A DNA stretch of 64,000 nt from Eledone cirrhosa (lineage: Eukaryota). Below, piece by piece: positions 28,106 to 42,994 of this stretch (positions are counted from its first letter, which is position 1; each line of letters starts with the position of its first letter). Under the pieces are notes generated by a model that searched no databases, was not told where the DNA came from, and was given only the letters and a program-made list of their open reading frames with translations. The stretch covers positions 227,230,001 to 227,294,000 of the forward strand of contig OZ024741.1 in NCBI GenBank assembly GCA_964016885.1, in the 5' to 3' direction. The translations under genes were made by a program, and so were the position numbers.

Positions 28106-28277
28106 ATATCTATCTCTCTGTCTCTCTCTCTCTCTATATATATATATATGTTGTTATAAAGATATTTTCCATTTATTAATATTATAATACTCCAGATAAC
28201 ATTTTTTTGTGGAGTGCGTCATATCTGTTATAAACTTAATTCTGTTGAATATTCATCGGCAATGCATATAACTCATT

Positions 28278-28308
<31 letters not shown>

Positions 28309-28384
28309 ACGAAGGAGTTGTGGTAAGGAACCAGATGGACCATAATGCACCAGAGTACTCAATACTTAGGGTAGTAGAGTGGGT

Positions 28385-28501
28385 AATAGGAAAATGTATG
28401 ACCCCGACGGCAGAGCTCAATCCGTTTCGACGACTATTTCTTGCGTCCAGAAATAGCCGTCGAAACGGCTTGAGCTCTGCCGTCGGGGTCATACATTTTC
28501 C

Positions 28502-28504
<3 letters not shown>
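28385..28504. repeat. Palindrome built from the 3' half of a hammerhead
   Basis: The right arm reads GAAA CGGC ttgagctct GCCG TC gggg (stem III plus GUC). The CUGANGA half is absent at the fold. A fragment also lies at 40350-40388. Confidence 0.7.
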
Positions 28505-28578
<74 letters not shown>

Positions 28579-28982
28579 GTGAGGTTTTTTTACAAAATGA
28601 AAAATAACCGAGGTGTCCTACACGAGTGAAAGTATAAAGAAAAAAAGATGAAATCGAAAATGCAACTGGAGTCTTATTTAAAAAAAAATATATATATTTA
28701 TTTGGTTCCTTTACCGGTTTTGCAGGTCTTCTGCTTTTAAAAAGTAGAGTTGAGATGGAGGGTCTGTGGTTTTTCTCACATCTGGTTGGTCTTTGAATGT
28801 TACTTGTTTTATATGGAAAAAAGTGGCTCGAAACGCCAGGTTTTTAGAGAAGTAATTTGATTGGTTGGTCATTAAGTATAATAAATTTCGCGCCAGTTCG
28901 CGTTACATAGTTCTTCAAACAGAGGGGGGGGGGGACTCAGGTTGTATTTTCATATATGAGTGTTTGAATTTCTTTTTACTTA

Positions 28983-29027
<45 letters not shown>

Positions 29028-29576
29028 TCTGAATTTGTTTAGCAAGATTCTTTATCTGAAAATGTGTGTTGAAACCGATATTGTTATGCTTTGGGAAAGT
29101 CATGTTGCCAATAAGAAACACACGCACCAGTTGTTTCACTTCAATTTATTATAAATTAAATTTATAAATTTAGGAATTTATAAATTTCCGGTTGGTTGGT
29201 TGGTTCCACAACCAGACGATTGTTCATATATTGTTAAAGTTCTTTCGTCACACATTCTGTGACCTCTTCAGTGACTGGGGATTATTTTCTTTGTTTTTGT
29301 GCCTCTCCTTTGTTCTGTCCTACGCCATCTTGTTTTTGTGTGTGTTGTGTGCTTAGTTTGTGCATGTGTTACATCCGGGTGTCTGTGTGTGTTTATATTT
29401 GTTTATTTATTTGTTTATTTACATGTTACTGGTTGGTTGTTTGTTCTATGTGTGAGTGTGTTTTCATTTTGTCCTTAATTGTAAGTTGTGATGTTGCTCT
29501 TCCATTCATGTTTTCTATTTAATTTTGGTTGGACAGATACAAAGGAGAGGCACAAAAACAAAGAAAATAATCCCCA

Positions 29577-29619
29577 GTCACTGAAGAGGTCACAGAATGT
29601 GTGACGAAAGAACTTTGAC
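29577..29619 (+). ncRNA. Minimal type-I hammerhead (mirror 29233-29275, minus)
   Basis: GTCA CTGAAGA g GTCACA gaatg TGTGAC GAAA gaac TT TGAC. Confidence 0.8.
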
Positions 29620-29707
29620 AATATATGAACAATCGTCTGGTTGTGGAACCAACCAACCAACCGGAAATTTATAAATTCCTAAATTTATAAATTTAATTTA
29701 TAATAAA

Positions 29708-30545
29708 CTAGCAGTAAAGCCCGGCGTTGCTCGGGGTTGCTCAGTAGCTGTGTTAAAGTTACAATGTTAAGTTTCTTTCTTGGCTTAAAAACTGTAGTGT
29801 CTACTGTGCAGACTTGCATGTGGTGTTTTTGATTAATATTCCCTCAACCAACAATATGCCTTATGAAGTTAAGAAAACATAACGATAACACGAATGTTAT
29901 AACAAAAGAGGATGCTGGGGATAGAAACGGCACTGGTTATTTATTAACAAAGATCGAAAATGTAAACACTGCAACGCAGAGAAAAACATTAGCGTAACCA
30001 AATTATCAGTTATGTCTGTCTGCACGCCTATATCACCTCTCTGCACGACTGTCTGTCTGCACGCCTATATCACCTCTCTGCACGACTGTCTGTCTGCAGG
30101 ACTGTCTGTCTGCACGCCTAACGACGAAATATTTGCTTGTTTTACGTAGTCTTTAAATAGACTTGTTTTCAAGTAAAAATATTGTTTTAAAATGCTTTTA
30201 AATGGAAATGAAGCAAAACGGAAGCTTAGTGTTCGAACTGATGAATTTTGCAGGTCAATATTTTGCTGGCTCGACAACTGTTCGTGTATTGTAATTTTTT
30301 ACGTAAGACGCTCAATGTAAACAGAACAAAGGGAAATAACTGATCACTTACGCTCAAAAATCGATACATTATATTCGATTTCGTCACATAGGGTGGGTCA
30401 ATTTGAAATTTTTTTTTCCGATGTGTTCGCTAGGGCTCAATGTAAAAGTATAGCAATTTTGGTGCAATTCCGTGAGAGATTCTAAGAGGAGATGTGTGCC
30501 AAAAATCGATAGACAGACAGACAACCACAGTTTTATATATATAGA
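29708..30545 (-). mobile_element. Non-autonomous Helitron
   Basis: The minus strand starts TCTATATATAT with (CTGT)n and ends with the CCCGAGCAACGCCGGG hairpin then CTAG. It is inserted between A and T without a TSD, and the host palindrome arm rejoins when it is removed. Confidence 0.85.
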
Positions 30546-30609
30546 TTGAAGTAAAAGCATCTGGTGCGTGTGTTTCTTATTGGCAACATGACCCTCCCGA
30601 AGCATAACA

Positions 30610-30697
<88 letters not shown>

Positions 30698-30701
<4 letters not shown>

Positions 30702-31486
30702 ATAATAATAAATTTGAAGACTAAAATCCAAAGAGGGCTCGATAAGGATAAATATATATCAAATATATAAGAACCGTAGAGCAAATATTTATTAAAATAA
30801 CAAATTAAAGTTTAAGCAAAGAATCGCTGCTTTCACCCTTAACGGGATCTTCTGAAACTAACAAAGTCAATCTGTGAACGCAGAAGTGAATATTTAAAAA
30901 AACGTTGCAACCGGAGGAAGACATGAAGACGATACTTTGATTCGTGGAAACGTTCCCTGGCAAAGAACGGGAAAAAACGAATATAATACGTCATTATTTG
31001 GAGCGGTGAAAAACAATTACACGAAAAGACAAAACGACGTTTATGGTATAAAAGAAGTCGTAGACTAATATTCTATTAGGTGGTTCATAGAGACGTTCTC
31101 TGGCAATGAACGAAAAAAAAAAGAAGATAATACGTCATATGTGGAGCGAGGAGAACAATTGCACGCAAAGACAAAACCACGTAAATGGTATAACTGAAGT
31201 CGTAGACAAAAATTCTAACTAGGAAACCGAATGACTCTCGGTTTCAGAGTTAAGAATTAAGTAAATAAAATACAGTGGTAATTGAAATAAATAAATACAT
31301 ACACGCATCCATATACGTACATACACAAGCATACGCGAAAACACTCGCCATAGGTATACAAATACACGCACGTACACGAAAAAAAAAAAAAATCCGCACG
31401 CACATACAGAACCCACGCAACGCCTGTACCCGCACGTATACGAATGTATACACCAAATACACATAAAAATATATAAAAAAAAAGAA

Positions 31487-31537
<51 letters not shown>

Positions 31538-31895
31538 TGTGTGTGCGTGCGTGTAAACATATAATTAAATAAAAGTATATAAATAAATAAATACGTATAT
31601 AACAAGCGCACACACATACCTACATGTAAATACACATATGTTCGGAGACTACGTCAACCAAAACACAAAGTACACATATACACACACCCTACATAGGTAC
31701 GAACCCGCATACTCACACAGACGCAAAACTCACGTATACACATAACCAAAAGCATATGTACCAGAATATATAATATATACGCCATAACATATACAATCAA
31801 ATATACGTACAAGAAAGTATACGTACCTTCATAAAACATACAGGTAATATATACTTACCTATACAAATAAGTAATGGTATAAACATAACATATAC
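30698..31895 (-). mobile_element. 3' UTR/terminal repeat of the PLE family at 52050-56575
   Basis: Colinear, highly similar to 52050-53193. Confidence 0.88.
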
Positions 31896-32824
31896 TTATA
31901 TATATATGTTTTTATACAATATATATATATATATTAAGAGGTTTTTAAACCCCACTATCAGGATAACATTTCTCTAGTCAAAAATACCACGAAAGATTCT
32001 TTTACCTTATGTATATAAATATGTGTGTGCGCGTGTGTGTGTCTATGTAAAAGGTAAATAGAAATAACAACACAATCGGTATACACACACATATTCTCTT
32101 AGCTTTGAACGGACGTATAATAACGCATACACACACACACGCGCGAGCGCCCGTGCATACGCACACGCACAAGTCTAGCTTTATAGAAAACGTTTTTTTT
32201 TCCATTTCAAGTAGACGCGCTCCATCATCCACCCCAGAATCAACAGTTTTCCAAGAGATGGCAACATGAATGGACCTGTTATTTTTCTCTAAGAACATTT
32301 ATTCCAATTCTACCCCGCCTGTCTCTTCAATCTATCTAATTTCTCATTCTTTCTTCTAATGAAGGACTAGCGTCCGAAACGTTAAGACCTTCTTCCTATT
32401 ATTTCAAGCGTTAACCTAATATATTCCTTCCATACACTGTACCGATTGTGTTATTATTTCTCTTTAATTTTTACATACACATATATATATATCAACGCTT
32501 ACGTGGACCTCTCAAATTCGTTAGATTTTCAAATTGGATTTTCACTCTGAAACTGGATATACACCCGGAGTTTACCAGAACTTCCACCAGGAAATCTTTT
32601 CTAATATATACATATATATTGATGGGGTGTAGATTCCATCGTGTGGTTTAGCGGTTTCTGGTTGTAAAATATATATATCTGCTTGTAATATATATATACA
32701 TGCACCGAATTGAAACATAACTGGTTAGTATGTTTTATTAGCAGCATCCCAATGTTACAACATACGGATTCTCATAAAGATTCTTGCACAGCAACTTCGA
32801 AAACGAAATATATATATATATTAA

Positions 32825-32965
32825 TTTTATTAAGGTTGAATACTGAGTCTTATTAATGTGGAGTTTCACCCGTTTATCACAGGACCATCAGACAAGTTCT
32901 GATGATCCTGTCATAAACAGGCGAAACTCCAGAGTAACAAGACTCTGATTCAAGCTTAATAAAAT
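32825..32965. ncRNA. Head-to-head diverged hammerhead pair in an imperfect palindrome
   Basis: Plus: CTGATGA t CCTG tcataaa CAGG c GAAA CTC ca GAG TA acaa (32899-32940). Minus: ttgt CTGATGG tcctgtgataaacgggt GAAACTC. Confidence 0.72.
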
Positions 32966-33170
32966 GAATATTAAAACTCTACTTCGGTATTGAATACCCC
33001 TTTCTCTCAGTCGTCAACCACATAACCACATGCGGATATATATATATATATAGTATTTACGTATCGAGAAAGAGAGAAAAAGGAGGGATAGGTGATACAT
33101 ATAGTTATTTGTCAAGTCTATTCTCCGATTTTTTACTTTCCCACGTATATATATATATATATATATATAT

Positions 33171-33532
<362 letters not shown>

Positions 33533-33634
33533 ATATATATACATATATAATAATAATATTATTTATAGTTATATATACACTATATACAACTATAAACAGG
33601 AAAGGTCAGTAATTTATTACTAGCTTATTACCAG

Positions 33635-33686
<52 letters not shown>

Positions 33687-33692
<6 letters not shown>

Positions 33693-33959
33693 ACTAGAAA
33701 TTGATTAACATATAAATATACATGAATAATCACAGGAGATAATTTTTATACGCGTGTAACCACGCATAGCATAGTTAGCGCGTGTAAAAATTATCTCCTG
33801 TGATTATTCATGTATATTTATATGTTAATCAATTTCTAGTTATTATAAAATGCTCGGATTTATCTTTGAGCTTATTTTCCAGGCGATATGGCGCATGCCG
33901 TTATGACATGACACCCACAATTTCGATTTAGATTAAATTCATTTAATTTATCTTAATTT

Positions 33960-33960
<1 letters not shown>
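33687..33960 (+). repeat. Palindrome 33687-33847 plus tail, flanked by (TA)n
   Basis: ATAATAACTAGAAATTGATT...ACGCG spacer CGCGT...AATCAATTTCTAGTTATTAT. Confidence 0.8.
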
Positions 33961-34009
<49 letters not shown>

Positions 34010-34086
34010 AAATTTGAAGACTAAAATCCGATTCTTTGCTTAAACTTTAATCTGTTATTTTAATTAATATATATATACATATATAA

Positions 34087-34155
<69 letters not shown>

Positions 34156-36798
34156 TGTATTTGTGTGAGTGTGTTAAACTATATCCTTTCACTTACAGTG
34201 CTAATGGAATATATATGAATAGCCTCTATTCATATCTTTCTATCTATCTCTCTATCTATTTATCTATCTATTTATGTATGTATGTGGTTATCAGAAATGT
34301 GATAACCACAGCCATGCTAGTGATAACTACGGCAATTAAACATCTAACACCACTAAGCTTGTTTGGAGATGGTGGTGCGTTTTGGAAACCATGTGGTGTG
34401 TAAAATAAAAGCAAAAATAAAAGCTTCAGAAGAGGCAGCAACTATACACTATCGATTTGATGTCCCCTCACATTGGCTGAGATACGTTGTACTGTATCTG
34501 TCTCGTAGCCATCTACGACAGTTGCTGTAGAATCAATATGCTTTAGCCTGTACTGTGCATGATTTAGCTTACGCAGTGAGTACTAACTAGCACTAAATGC
34601 AAAATATCTGAACTCTTATGTATGTATGCATGCGTGCATGCGTGTATGTATGTATGTATGTATATATGTATGTATGTATGTACGTACGGATGTACCGTCC
34701 CGTAACTCCTGAGAGAGTCGTAGGGACATCGTATTGACATACGGCGTTTCTTGGGCGCTTTAAGCCTGGTGGAGCTCATCCCACTCCAGGGCTGAGTACA
34801 GCAGATTTCTTTCAGAGAAAGATAGAAAGAGGAAACGAAAAAGAGATATTATAGAGGAGGAATCCAACTCAGTACAAGACTGGTACTTTTTTTTATTGAC
34901 CTCGGAAGGATGAAAGGCAAAGTTGACCTCGGTGGGACTTGAATTCAGAGAGCAGAGAGCCGAAACGAATACCATAAAGCATTCTATCCGACGTTCTAAC
35001 GACTCTGCCAATTCGACGCCTATTAACTCTTATACCTTTTGCAATTAATCGTATGAAATAATTTCGACAACTCAAATGCATACCGAATTCTTGTCACATT
35101 GTGTCATAACACAATGTGACAAGAATTGTACTGGATGCCTTCTGTTGCAATTAACACCGAAACACTTACGAGATGCACGAAATCGAGTTTTTTATGTTGC
35201 CAAAATAATATTGCAGTTAACTCTACCATAATCTCCCATAGTGTACAGGACATGTTTTGGACGGGGCAGTTGCAAATTTCGGCTCGAAAATTATTATTGG
35301 AAAGATTGACCTTCTTTAACAGCCATGTACTTCCTCGAGCCAAAATGAACTCAGTGACAAATTACTTCATCTGCCTGTGCAGTACAATCAGTCACGATGG
35401 TAGTTTCAGTAATGAATAAGATCTCAGTATGAGTAATGAAAGCTGAGAGAACCACTGACTCACAATAAACACGTGTCGGTCAAGTGAAGTGCAATGTGTA
35501 CCGAACAATTTTATTAACCACCTTATTAAACTAAATTGGAAGCATATACCACAAACAGATGAAGAAAAACTGATCAAATACTTGAGATAGAATTTAAATA
35601 TCATATGGAAAGCTAAACTTCCTTTTGCGCAACTAAATCTCCGTTGCGGTAGACATATCTAATGAAAAGAAAATGCAGACATCATGGTTGGAAAGACAAA
35701 TAATCTGCACGCAGTTGTCTAGTAGTGTAAGGAATTCATTGACAGAGATACAAGTTCGTAGCTAAACATAACAGAAGGATGTTAGACATGCCAACAACTA
35801 GAGCACTGAGAATAGAAATCGGTGGAGAAAAAACATTATTTTATATAGTCAACCATTATCGACAATCTAAGCACTGCATTTAATGACGACGACGATGACG
35901 ATGGTGCCGATGACGACGGTGGCTACACTAGAGAGGTAACGATGATTATGATGATGGCAACAACAGTATATTGTGAACTGACTGCTAATTATTATAATTT
36001 AGATTATATTAGACAATATAGTCATCCAATCCGTGTCAATAACTGATAGTAGTGTCCAATATCATCTCTATTAATATATTTGAAGGTATTTTCCTACACA
36101 TTCATCGAGTAGTTATTCAGACTCTCCTCGTCCGACAAGGAGATCTCCCATCTATTTTGGAGTGGGTGAGAGATGTCTTCTCTTGTGAAAATCGGTATAG
36201 CATTCATTATGTGAAATCTCCCCATTTTGCCTCACTTCTCTCCGCTTGGGGGAAATTTTTTCATTGGTTGGTCTGGTTGTTAGATATCACAAACAATGAA
36301 TCTGGGTGGGGCACTTCACTATTACACATTCGTAGAAGAATCTACCCCGTTTGTGACACGCGAATAACAAATTATATAGTACAAATAAAAGAGTAGAAAA
36401 CACTATGTAGTATATTGTTGTTGTTATGGTTGCTGTTGCTGTTACTATCGATGTTATTGCTCTTGTTTTAGTAGCTTATCCACAAGTCAATGCCCCCAAA
36501 AAGGCATTATACCCGTAATCATCCCGTCTTTTTCTATATATGGGATTGTTATTTTTAAGGCGACCGGATGATTTGAGTGAGATTCGGTTGCTATTTCGTG
36601 CAAGTTGAAAGACTAGGAAGATGCCTCCTCATTGGCTTGAATGCTCTTTGAGAAGCTAGAATAACCAATATCCTGTAATGTAAGTGATTGTGAGGTCACC
36701 CAGCAATCGATAAGTGGTGTGAGTCACATGAGTTGTCCTGCTTCGATTTTTTCTCTCAAATCGGTTCTTATAACGATGAATCATCATTGTTTGTCTGC

Positions 36799-36832
<34 letters not shown>

Positions 36833-37617
36833 CCACTGAACCTCTGCAAACATTGCAGCTTTCATAATTAATTGCGATTCTGTGCCCGGTTGATTACGCC
36901 TCGTCAATGGCAGGGTGCGTATCAGTAGTCAGAATTTGAATTCAGAACACGTAACAGATATAGCAAGGCATCTCAGCCGACACTTTAAAAATTACATCAA
37001 TCTACCACCCTCGATAGCTACTTTCAGACCTGTCAACCTCTAAAAACCCAAATGGGGTGTGCCATGAAGAAAAATGCCCCCAATCAGGGAGAAATGGAGC
37101 AAAATGGGGAGATAATGAAAGCTATATCCATTTTCACAAGATAAGACATCTCTCACCTACCCCCAAAGTGGGTGGGAGATTTACCCGTCCGACGGGGAGA
37201 GTGTGAAAATCTTATCTCAGGTTTGGGCAAGGCTCTTATCTGGGACACATACAACTGCTTCTCCTTGTTGAACTAATTGATAAGCATATTAAATTATATC
37301 ATAACGACAAAAAGAGGGACGGAAAGGAGTTTAACGAGGAGGGGAGAAACTTAACACCTCTGGTTAGCCTGTATATCTTATTTAATTTATGAGTGCCAGT
37401 CGCAATTGATGGAACTGCGTGGAGCAAAGCATAACTGTAGGGTTGCCTACATCTTTCAATGATCAATGTACAATATTGAGTCTATACATAAACAGACTCA
37501 TTAACTAATTAATGAACACAACCACAAGGATATTGTCCGAACGTGGATGATCCGAACTCCCGCTGTCATCGCCTCCATCTCTCTCGCCCTCCCCATCTCT
37601 CCGTATGGTTAACAAAT

Positions 37618-38157
37618 GGAGTCCCTGACAGGTCTGTGGTGTGTTCTTGTAAACTTTCCAGAGGTTGACTATGGAGTTGACAGGTCTGTGATGTGTTCTG
37701 GTAAAATTTCGAGAGGTTGACTCTGGAGTTGGCAGGTCTGTGGTGTGTTCTGGTAAACTTTCCAGAGGTTGACTCTGGAGTTGGCAGGTCTGTGGTGTGT
37801 TCTGGTAAACTTTCCAGAGGTTGACTCTGGAGTTGGCAGGTCTGTGGTGTGTTCTGGTAAAATTGCGAGAGGTTGACTCTGGAGTTGGCAGGTCTGTGGT
37901 GTGTTCTGGTAAAATTGCGAGAGGTTGACTCTGGAGTTGGCAGGTCTGTGGTGTGTTCTGGTAAAATTGCGAGAGGTTGACTCTGGAGTTGGCAGGTCTG
38001 TGGTGTGTTCTGGTAAAATTGCGAGAGGTTGACTCTGGAGTTGGCAGGTCTGTGGCGTGTTCTGGTAAAATTGCGAGAGGTTGACTCTGGAGTTGACAGG
38101 TCTGTGGTGTGTTCTGGTGAACTTTCGAGACATTGACTATGGTGTTGGCAGGTCTGT
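37618..38157. repeat. 52-bp minisatellite, ~10 copies
   Basis: CAGGTCTGT recurs at 37629, 37681, 37733 ... 38149. Unit GGAGTTGGCAGGTCTGTGGTGTGTTCTGGTAAAATTGCGAGAGGTTGACTCT. Confidence 0.95.
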
Positions 38158-38294
38158 ACCTTGTTTATTGACCCAGGAATGATGAAAGGCAAAGCTGACT
38201 TCGGTGTGATTTGAACACAGCGTATAGGGACGTAATAAACACCGATATTCTAATGACTGTAAATTCACAGCTAATCGAATACTATTAATCTGCA

Positions 38295-38469
38295 TTGGCA
38301 GTATCGGTAGAAGGTCGGACGCCATGCTTTCCAGCATAGTTACGTCCCTTTACGATCTGAGTTCAAATCCCGCCGAGGTTGACTTTGCCTTTCATCCTTA
38401 CGGGGTCGATAAAATAAAGTACCAGTAATGCACTGGGTAATTGCTGGCCTTGTGCCTAAAGTAGAAACA
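38295..38469 (+). mobile_element. tRNA-derived SINE with 11-bp TSD
   Basis: ATTAATCTGCA on both sides. Confidence 0.88.
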
Positions 38470-38617
38470 ATTAATCTGCAATATCATTTATAATATAATG
38501 TTTAACTGACCATAAAGATAATTTGATAGGATTTTACATCTATTATAGTGTACATGATGTTGCATTCAATAGGTTTTTTGGGTGGTGGGGTGGTATGGGT
38601 GTTGTTTTCCTTTAAAC

Positions 38618-38659
<42 letters not shown>

Positions 38660-38665
<6 letters not shown>

Positions 38666-39800
38666 ATCAAAAGATGGTTAAAAGAGTTCCATGTATTTTA
38701 TTATGCGCATTTCAAAAACAAATATCATCATGCAATAACATTTGTGTTTTCATCAGATAAAATAGGAAGACATGATATGAAGGTTAAAAAACACTTGTGA
38801 ATAGTGCAGTTTTAAATCAACATATGAAAAGTAGTTTTAGATTGATGTGTGATATTGGGAAAAACATTTTTGAGGGGGGGTGGAAGTTGGAAAGGATGAA
38901 AAAGAGGAGGAGATGAGAGTAAAAAGTGGAGGGGGAGGAGTATAATGAGGAAGGATAGGTAGGAGGAGAGATGAGTGATAGAGAGATAGCTTTTATAACT
39001 GAGAAAAATATATTGTTTTACATAGAGAGGTTGAAAAACCGTTGGAAGATAATATATAAATTAAAAGAATTTGGAAATTAACGAAGAGAAAAATAATGTT
39101 AAGTTAAGGTTTGTATATTGAAGGGTTTAATAATATGTGCGATGAAAAGAAATTGTTAATATGTATTAAAAATAATATTTAAGGGTTTAATAATATGTGC
39201 GATGGAAAAATATAGCAATAGTAATGTAAGTAAGGATATATTGTGAAAGAAGTAGAAGATAGGATGAATAAGTGAGATGAGCATGAAAGGGAGAAAAAAT
39301 AATGAATTGAGGATGAATAATCTAACATAAAACACAAAATGTTTATGTTTACGAAGGATTTTTTCAAGGTGATATAAAGTAACAATATATTGTACAGTGT
39401 AATAATTGTTTCTATGTTAGGCACAATGAGAAAAGGTACAGATTAGGGGTTAGAAATTAAAAGAAAAAGAAAAGAAAAGGAAAAGGAAGAAAGGGAAGTG
39501 ATAAATAGGAGTGATATAGAATGAGTAACTAGTATTATATAATGTATAATAAATAACTTTGAAATAAGGTAGAAAGATGGGTATATTTTTAAAGAAGTAT
39601 ATATATATATATGGGCCTTTGAGAAAAGGATTTTAAATTGATAAAGTGTTAGATATTAGCTGTATACTTTATGGAATGTTCTGTGGAATTTATGCAAGCA
39701 GAGAGAAAACAAGTCAGTGCGTCTATTTATTATAGAATCTAAATTAGATATAATGGTAAATTTTTCATTTAAACAGAGATTGTAAGTCTTGGATAGAGAA
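38660..39800 (-). mobile_element. PLE 3' end: GIY-YIG C-terminus plus 3' UTR; inverted copy at 40545-41210
   Basis: Minus strand SKTYNLCLNEKFTIISNLDSIINRRTDLFSLCLHK aligns by eye with PCDFCAAEALEILYAKDQILNKKSEAISVCKHK of the 53236 ORF. Confidence 0.7.
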
Positions 39801-39916
39801 TCCTCCGCCCCACCCCACCCCTCTGACCCCTCCCTATGCACGCACACCCGACCTATACTCCACCCCCCACACACCTTTTCCTGAACATGTAACCTTGTTC
39901 TTCCCCCAACTCTCAT

Positions 39917-39971
<55 letters not shown>

Positions 39972-40300
39972 CACACATACACAAACACCACCTTCAACCC
40001 TCTCCCTACACAATCCACCACCACACCTACACTCCCCACACCCTTTCACCACTTGTTTATCTTTATGCTTATTTTTATTTTTATTTGTACCCCTTCCACC
40101 GTTTTTCTCCCTTTTCTATCCCTCCCCTTTTTCTAAATGTCGCTCCACCACTCCACACACACCCTCGGAACTCTCTTCCCACCCACTTTTCTGCTGAAGA
40201 AGGGCCTATGCCCGAAACGTCGCCCCCCCACTCTCATGAGCGTGAAACTAATAAACCTTTGTTTGTACAGCCTCTCTGTTTTTGTTCCCGTTCCAGTTTT

Positions 40301-40305
<5 letters not shown>
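39800..40305 (+). mobile_element. C/A-rich repeat with minimal hammerhead core (40194-40222); longer copy 41943-43347 (core 43235-43262)
   Basis: CTGAAGA a GGGC ctat GCCC GAAAC GTC. Direct repeat of 42750-43347. Stem I is weak. Confidence 0.7.
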
Positions 40306-40341
<36 letters not shown>

Positions 40342-40397
40342 AACCAGTAAGACCCCGACGGCTGAGCTCAAGCCGTTTCGACGGCTAATACATACAT

Positions 40398-40451
<54 letters not shown>

Positions 40452-41297
40452 CATGGCCATCCACTGATGAGTTTTAAGGGCCCGCTTGTGTGTATGTCTA
40501 TGGATTATATACAAGTTTCTACATAACTCTTTTGACGCTAGATTATTCATCCTCAATTCATTATTTTTTTCTCCCTTTCATGCTCATCTAACTTATTCAT
40601 CCTATCTTCTACTTCTTTCACAATATATCCTTACTTACATTACTATTGCTATATTTTTCCATCGCACATATTATTAAACCCTTAAATATTATTCTTAATA
40701 CATATTAACAATTTCTTTTCATCGCACATATTATTAAACCCTTCAATATACAAACCTTAACTCAACATTATTTTTCTCTTCGTTAATTTCCAAATTCTTT
40801 TAATTTATATATTATCTTCCAACGATTTTTCAACCTCTCTATGTAAAACAATATATTTTTCTCAGTTATAAAAGCTATCTCTCTCTCTCTATCACCCATC
40901 TCTCCTCCCATCTCATCCTTCCTCATTTTACTCCTCCCCCTCCACTTTTTACTCTCATCTCCTCCTCTTTTTCATCGTTTCCAACCTCCCCCCCCTCAAA
41001 TTTTTTTCCCCAATATCACACATCAATCTAAAACTACTTTTCATATGTTGATTTAAAACTGCACTATTCACAAGTGTTTTTTAACCTTCATATCATGTCT
41101 TCCTATTTTATCTGAGGAAAACACAAATGTTATTGCATGATGATATTTGTTTTTGAAATGCGCATAATAAAATACATGGAACTCTTTTAACCATCTTTTG
41201 ATCTTATATATTATGTATACTCCAGTCCTACAAACTGTAGAGTGCTTCTTATCCGATATCTGCATTGCTTTATTGTACTACAATAAAACTCACCTCC

Positions 41298-41328
<31 letters not shown>

Positions 41329-41552
41329 CTGTGTGCGTGTGTGTTTGTATGTGCGTGTATATAAATATACCTATACATATATATACACAATATGTTGAAA
41401 AGGTAACACACTAGAGAGAGATAGCGCACCATCAATAAAACAAGGAAAAACCACCAGTGTATGGAATCTATAACCTATGAAAGGCAGGGTAGACACACAA
41501 TAATTAAAAATATAAATTAAAATGTATATACGCACCTCTATAACTATATAAC

Positions 41553-41634
41553 ACGCGCGTACAAATCCAAAGAGTTCTGTTTCGCCAGGAAGTTGTTGAC
41601 TGAAATGGAATAGCCTATGGTTCATCAGCGCGTG
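41553..41634 (-). ncRNA. Type-I hammerhead motif in the 41390-41899 unit, which ends in a 60-bp hairpin (41840-41899)
   Basis: Minus strand: CGCG CTGATGA aCCA ... TGGc GAAA CA ... TG TA CGCG. Confidence 0.65.
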
Positions 41635-41893
41635 CAAGACTATACATTCCTGACAACTCTAAGTGAATCTAAAGCGACCGTCCAGCTACACGCGGCAGAG
41701 AGATGTCACAGCATGTTTAGGGCAGTGAACCAATGGTATCTGAGGGACGAGCTGCTAGAAAGGGCAGCACAAAAAACACTCAAAGAAGTGTGCTCAACCA
41801 AACAGAGAGAGAGGACAGACTGTTATAAGGAGCGAAATGTCACGATAAATTAACGGAGCCATTAATTGGCAATTAATGGCTCCGTTAATTTAT

Positions 41894-41946
<53 letters not shown>

Positions 41947-42878
41947 CTACTACCACCACCAACCCTCACCCATACGTTCCATTCCAACCACCCCACAACT
42001 AGTATCACTAACATCCCCCGACTCTACGCACACGAACACACACCTTCCCACACACACCTACCCACACCTACATACACCACCCACTCTACACACCCAACCA
42101 CCACTAACCTCCACTAACACACCTGCATTCAAACCTTTCCCCACCACCAGTATACTAACACCCCTTTACCACACACACACTCACCCAAACACGCACACAC
42201 ACACCAATACACCACACTCCCTCCACCGTCCCCTACACCTTTTCTATCCCTCTCCCCGCTCCACCTACACCCCTTTACACACACACATTCCACTAACACC
42301 TCTACTAATACACACCCCATCCCCCACATGACCCCACCCACTCCACCTTTCCCACCTACCCATCCTCTCCCCTATCCACCGCACCTCCGCACACACAGAC
42401 ACACAGTCCTCACCACACACTGACTTTCTCCACCCGTCATTCTCCTCTACTGCTATGCCTTCATCCTGCAACGACCCTCTGACCACTTCCTGTTGCGCGC
42501 GCACCCCACATCTCCCCACTTCCGACCACCACAACCAACGGATTACACACCACCGGGTATCGTTCCAGCTATCCACTCCATAAAATGAAAAATATCCACC
42601 ATATCTTCGCACACTCCACGGAACTACCTTAGGAACTTACCCACGGACATACACTCACAATTTTTTTCGAACCACGCTACCCACGTCCATACCACGTATA
42701 AACACCAACACACACGTGCGTACCCCCACATATACACACTCAGCCTCCGGAATCCTCCGACCCACCCCCACCCCTCTGACCCCTCCCTATCCGCACGCAC
42801 ACACACCCCGACCTATACTCCACCCCCCACACACACCTTTTCCTGAACATGCAACCTTGTTCTTCCCCCAACTCACAT

Positions 42879-42994
<116 letters not shown>

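Larger units (their letters stand above)
29020..30612. mobile_element. Fold-back PLE-type element (family of 6788-7350), right arm split by a Helitron
   Basis: The left arm 29078-29320 is the reverse complement of 29530-29707 plus 30546-30612. Confidence 0.85.

Noticed and set aside
37566-38192. 208-aa and 154-aa repetitive ORFs, or a CRISPR-like array
   Set aside because: They are translations of a 52-bp tandem repeat with no unique spacers and a period not divisible by 3.
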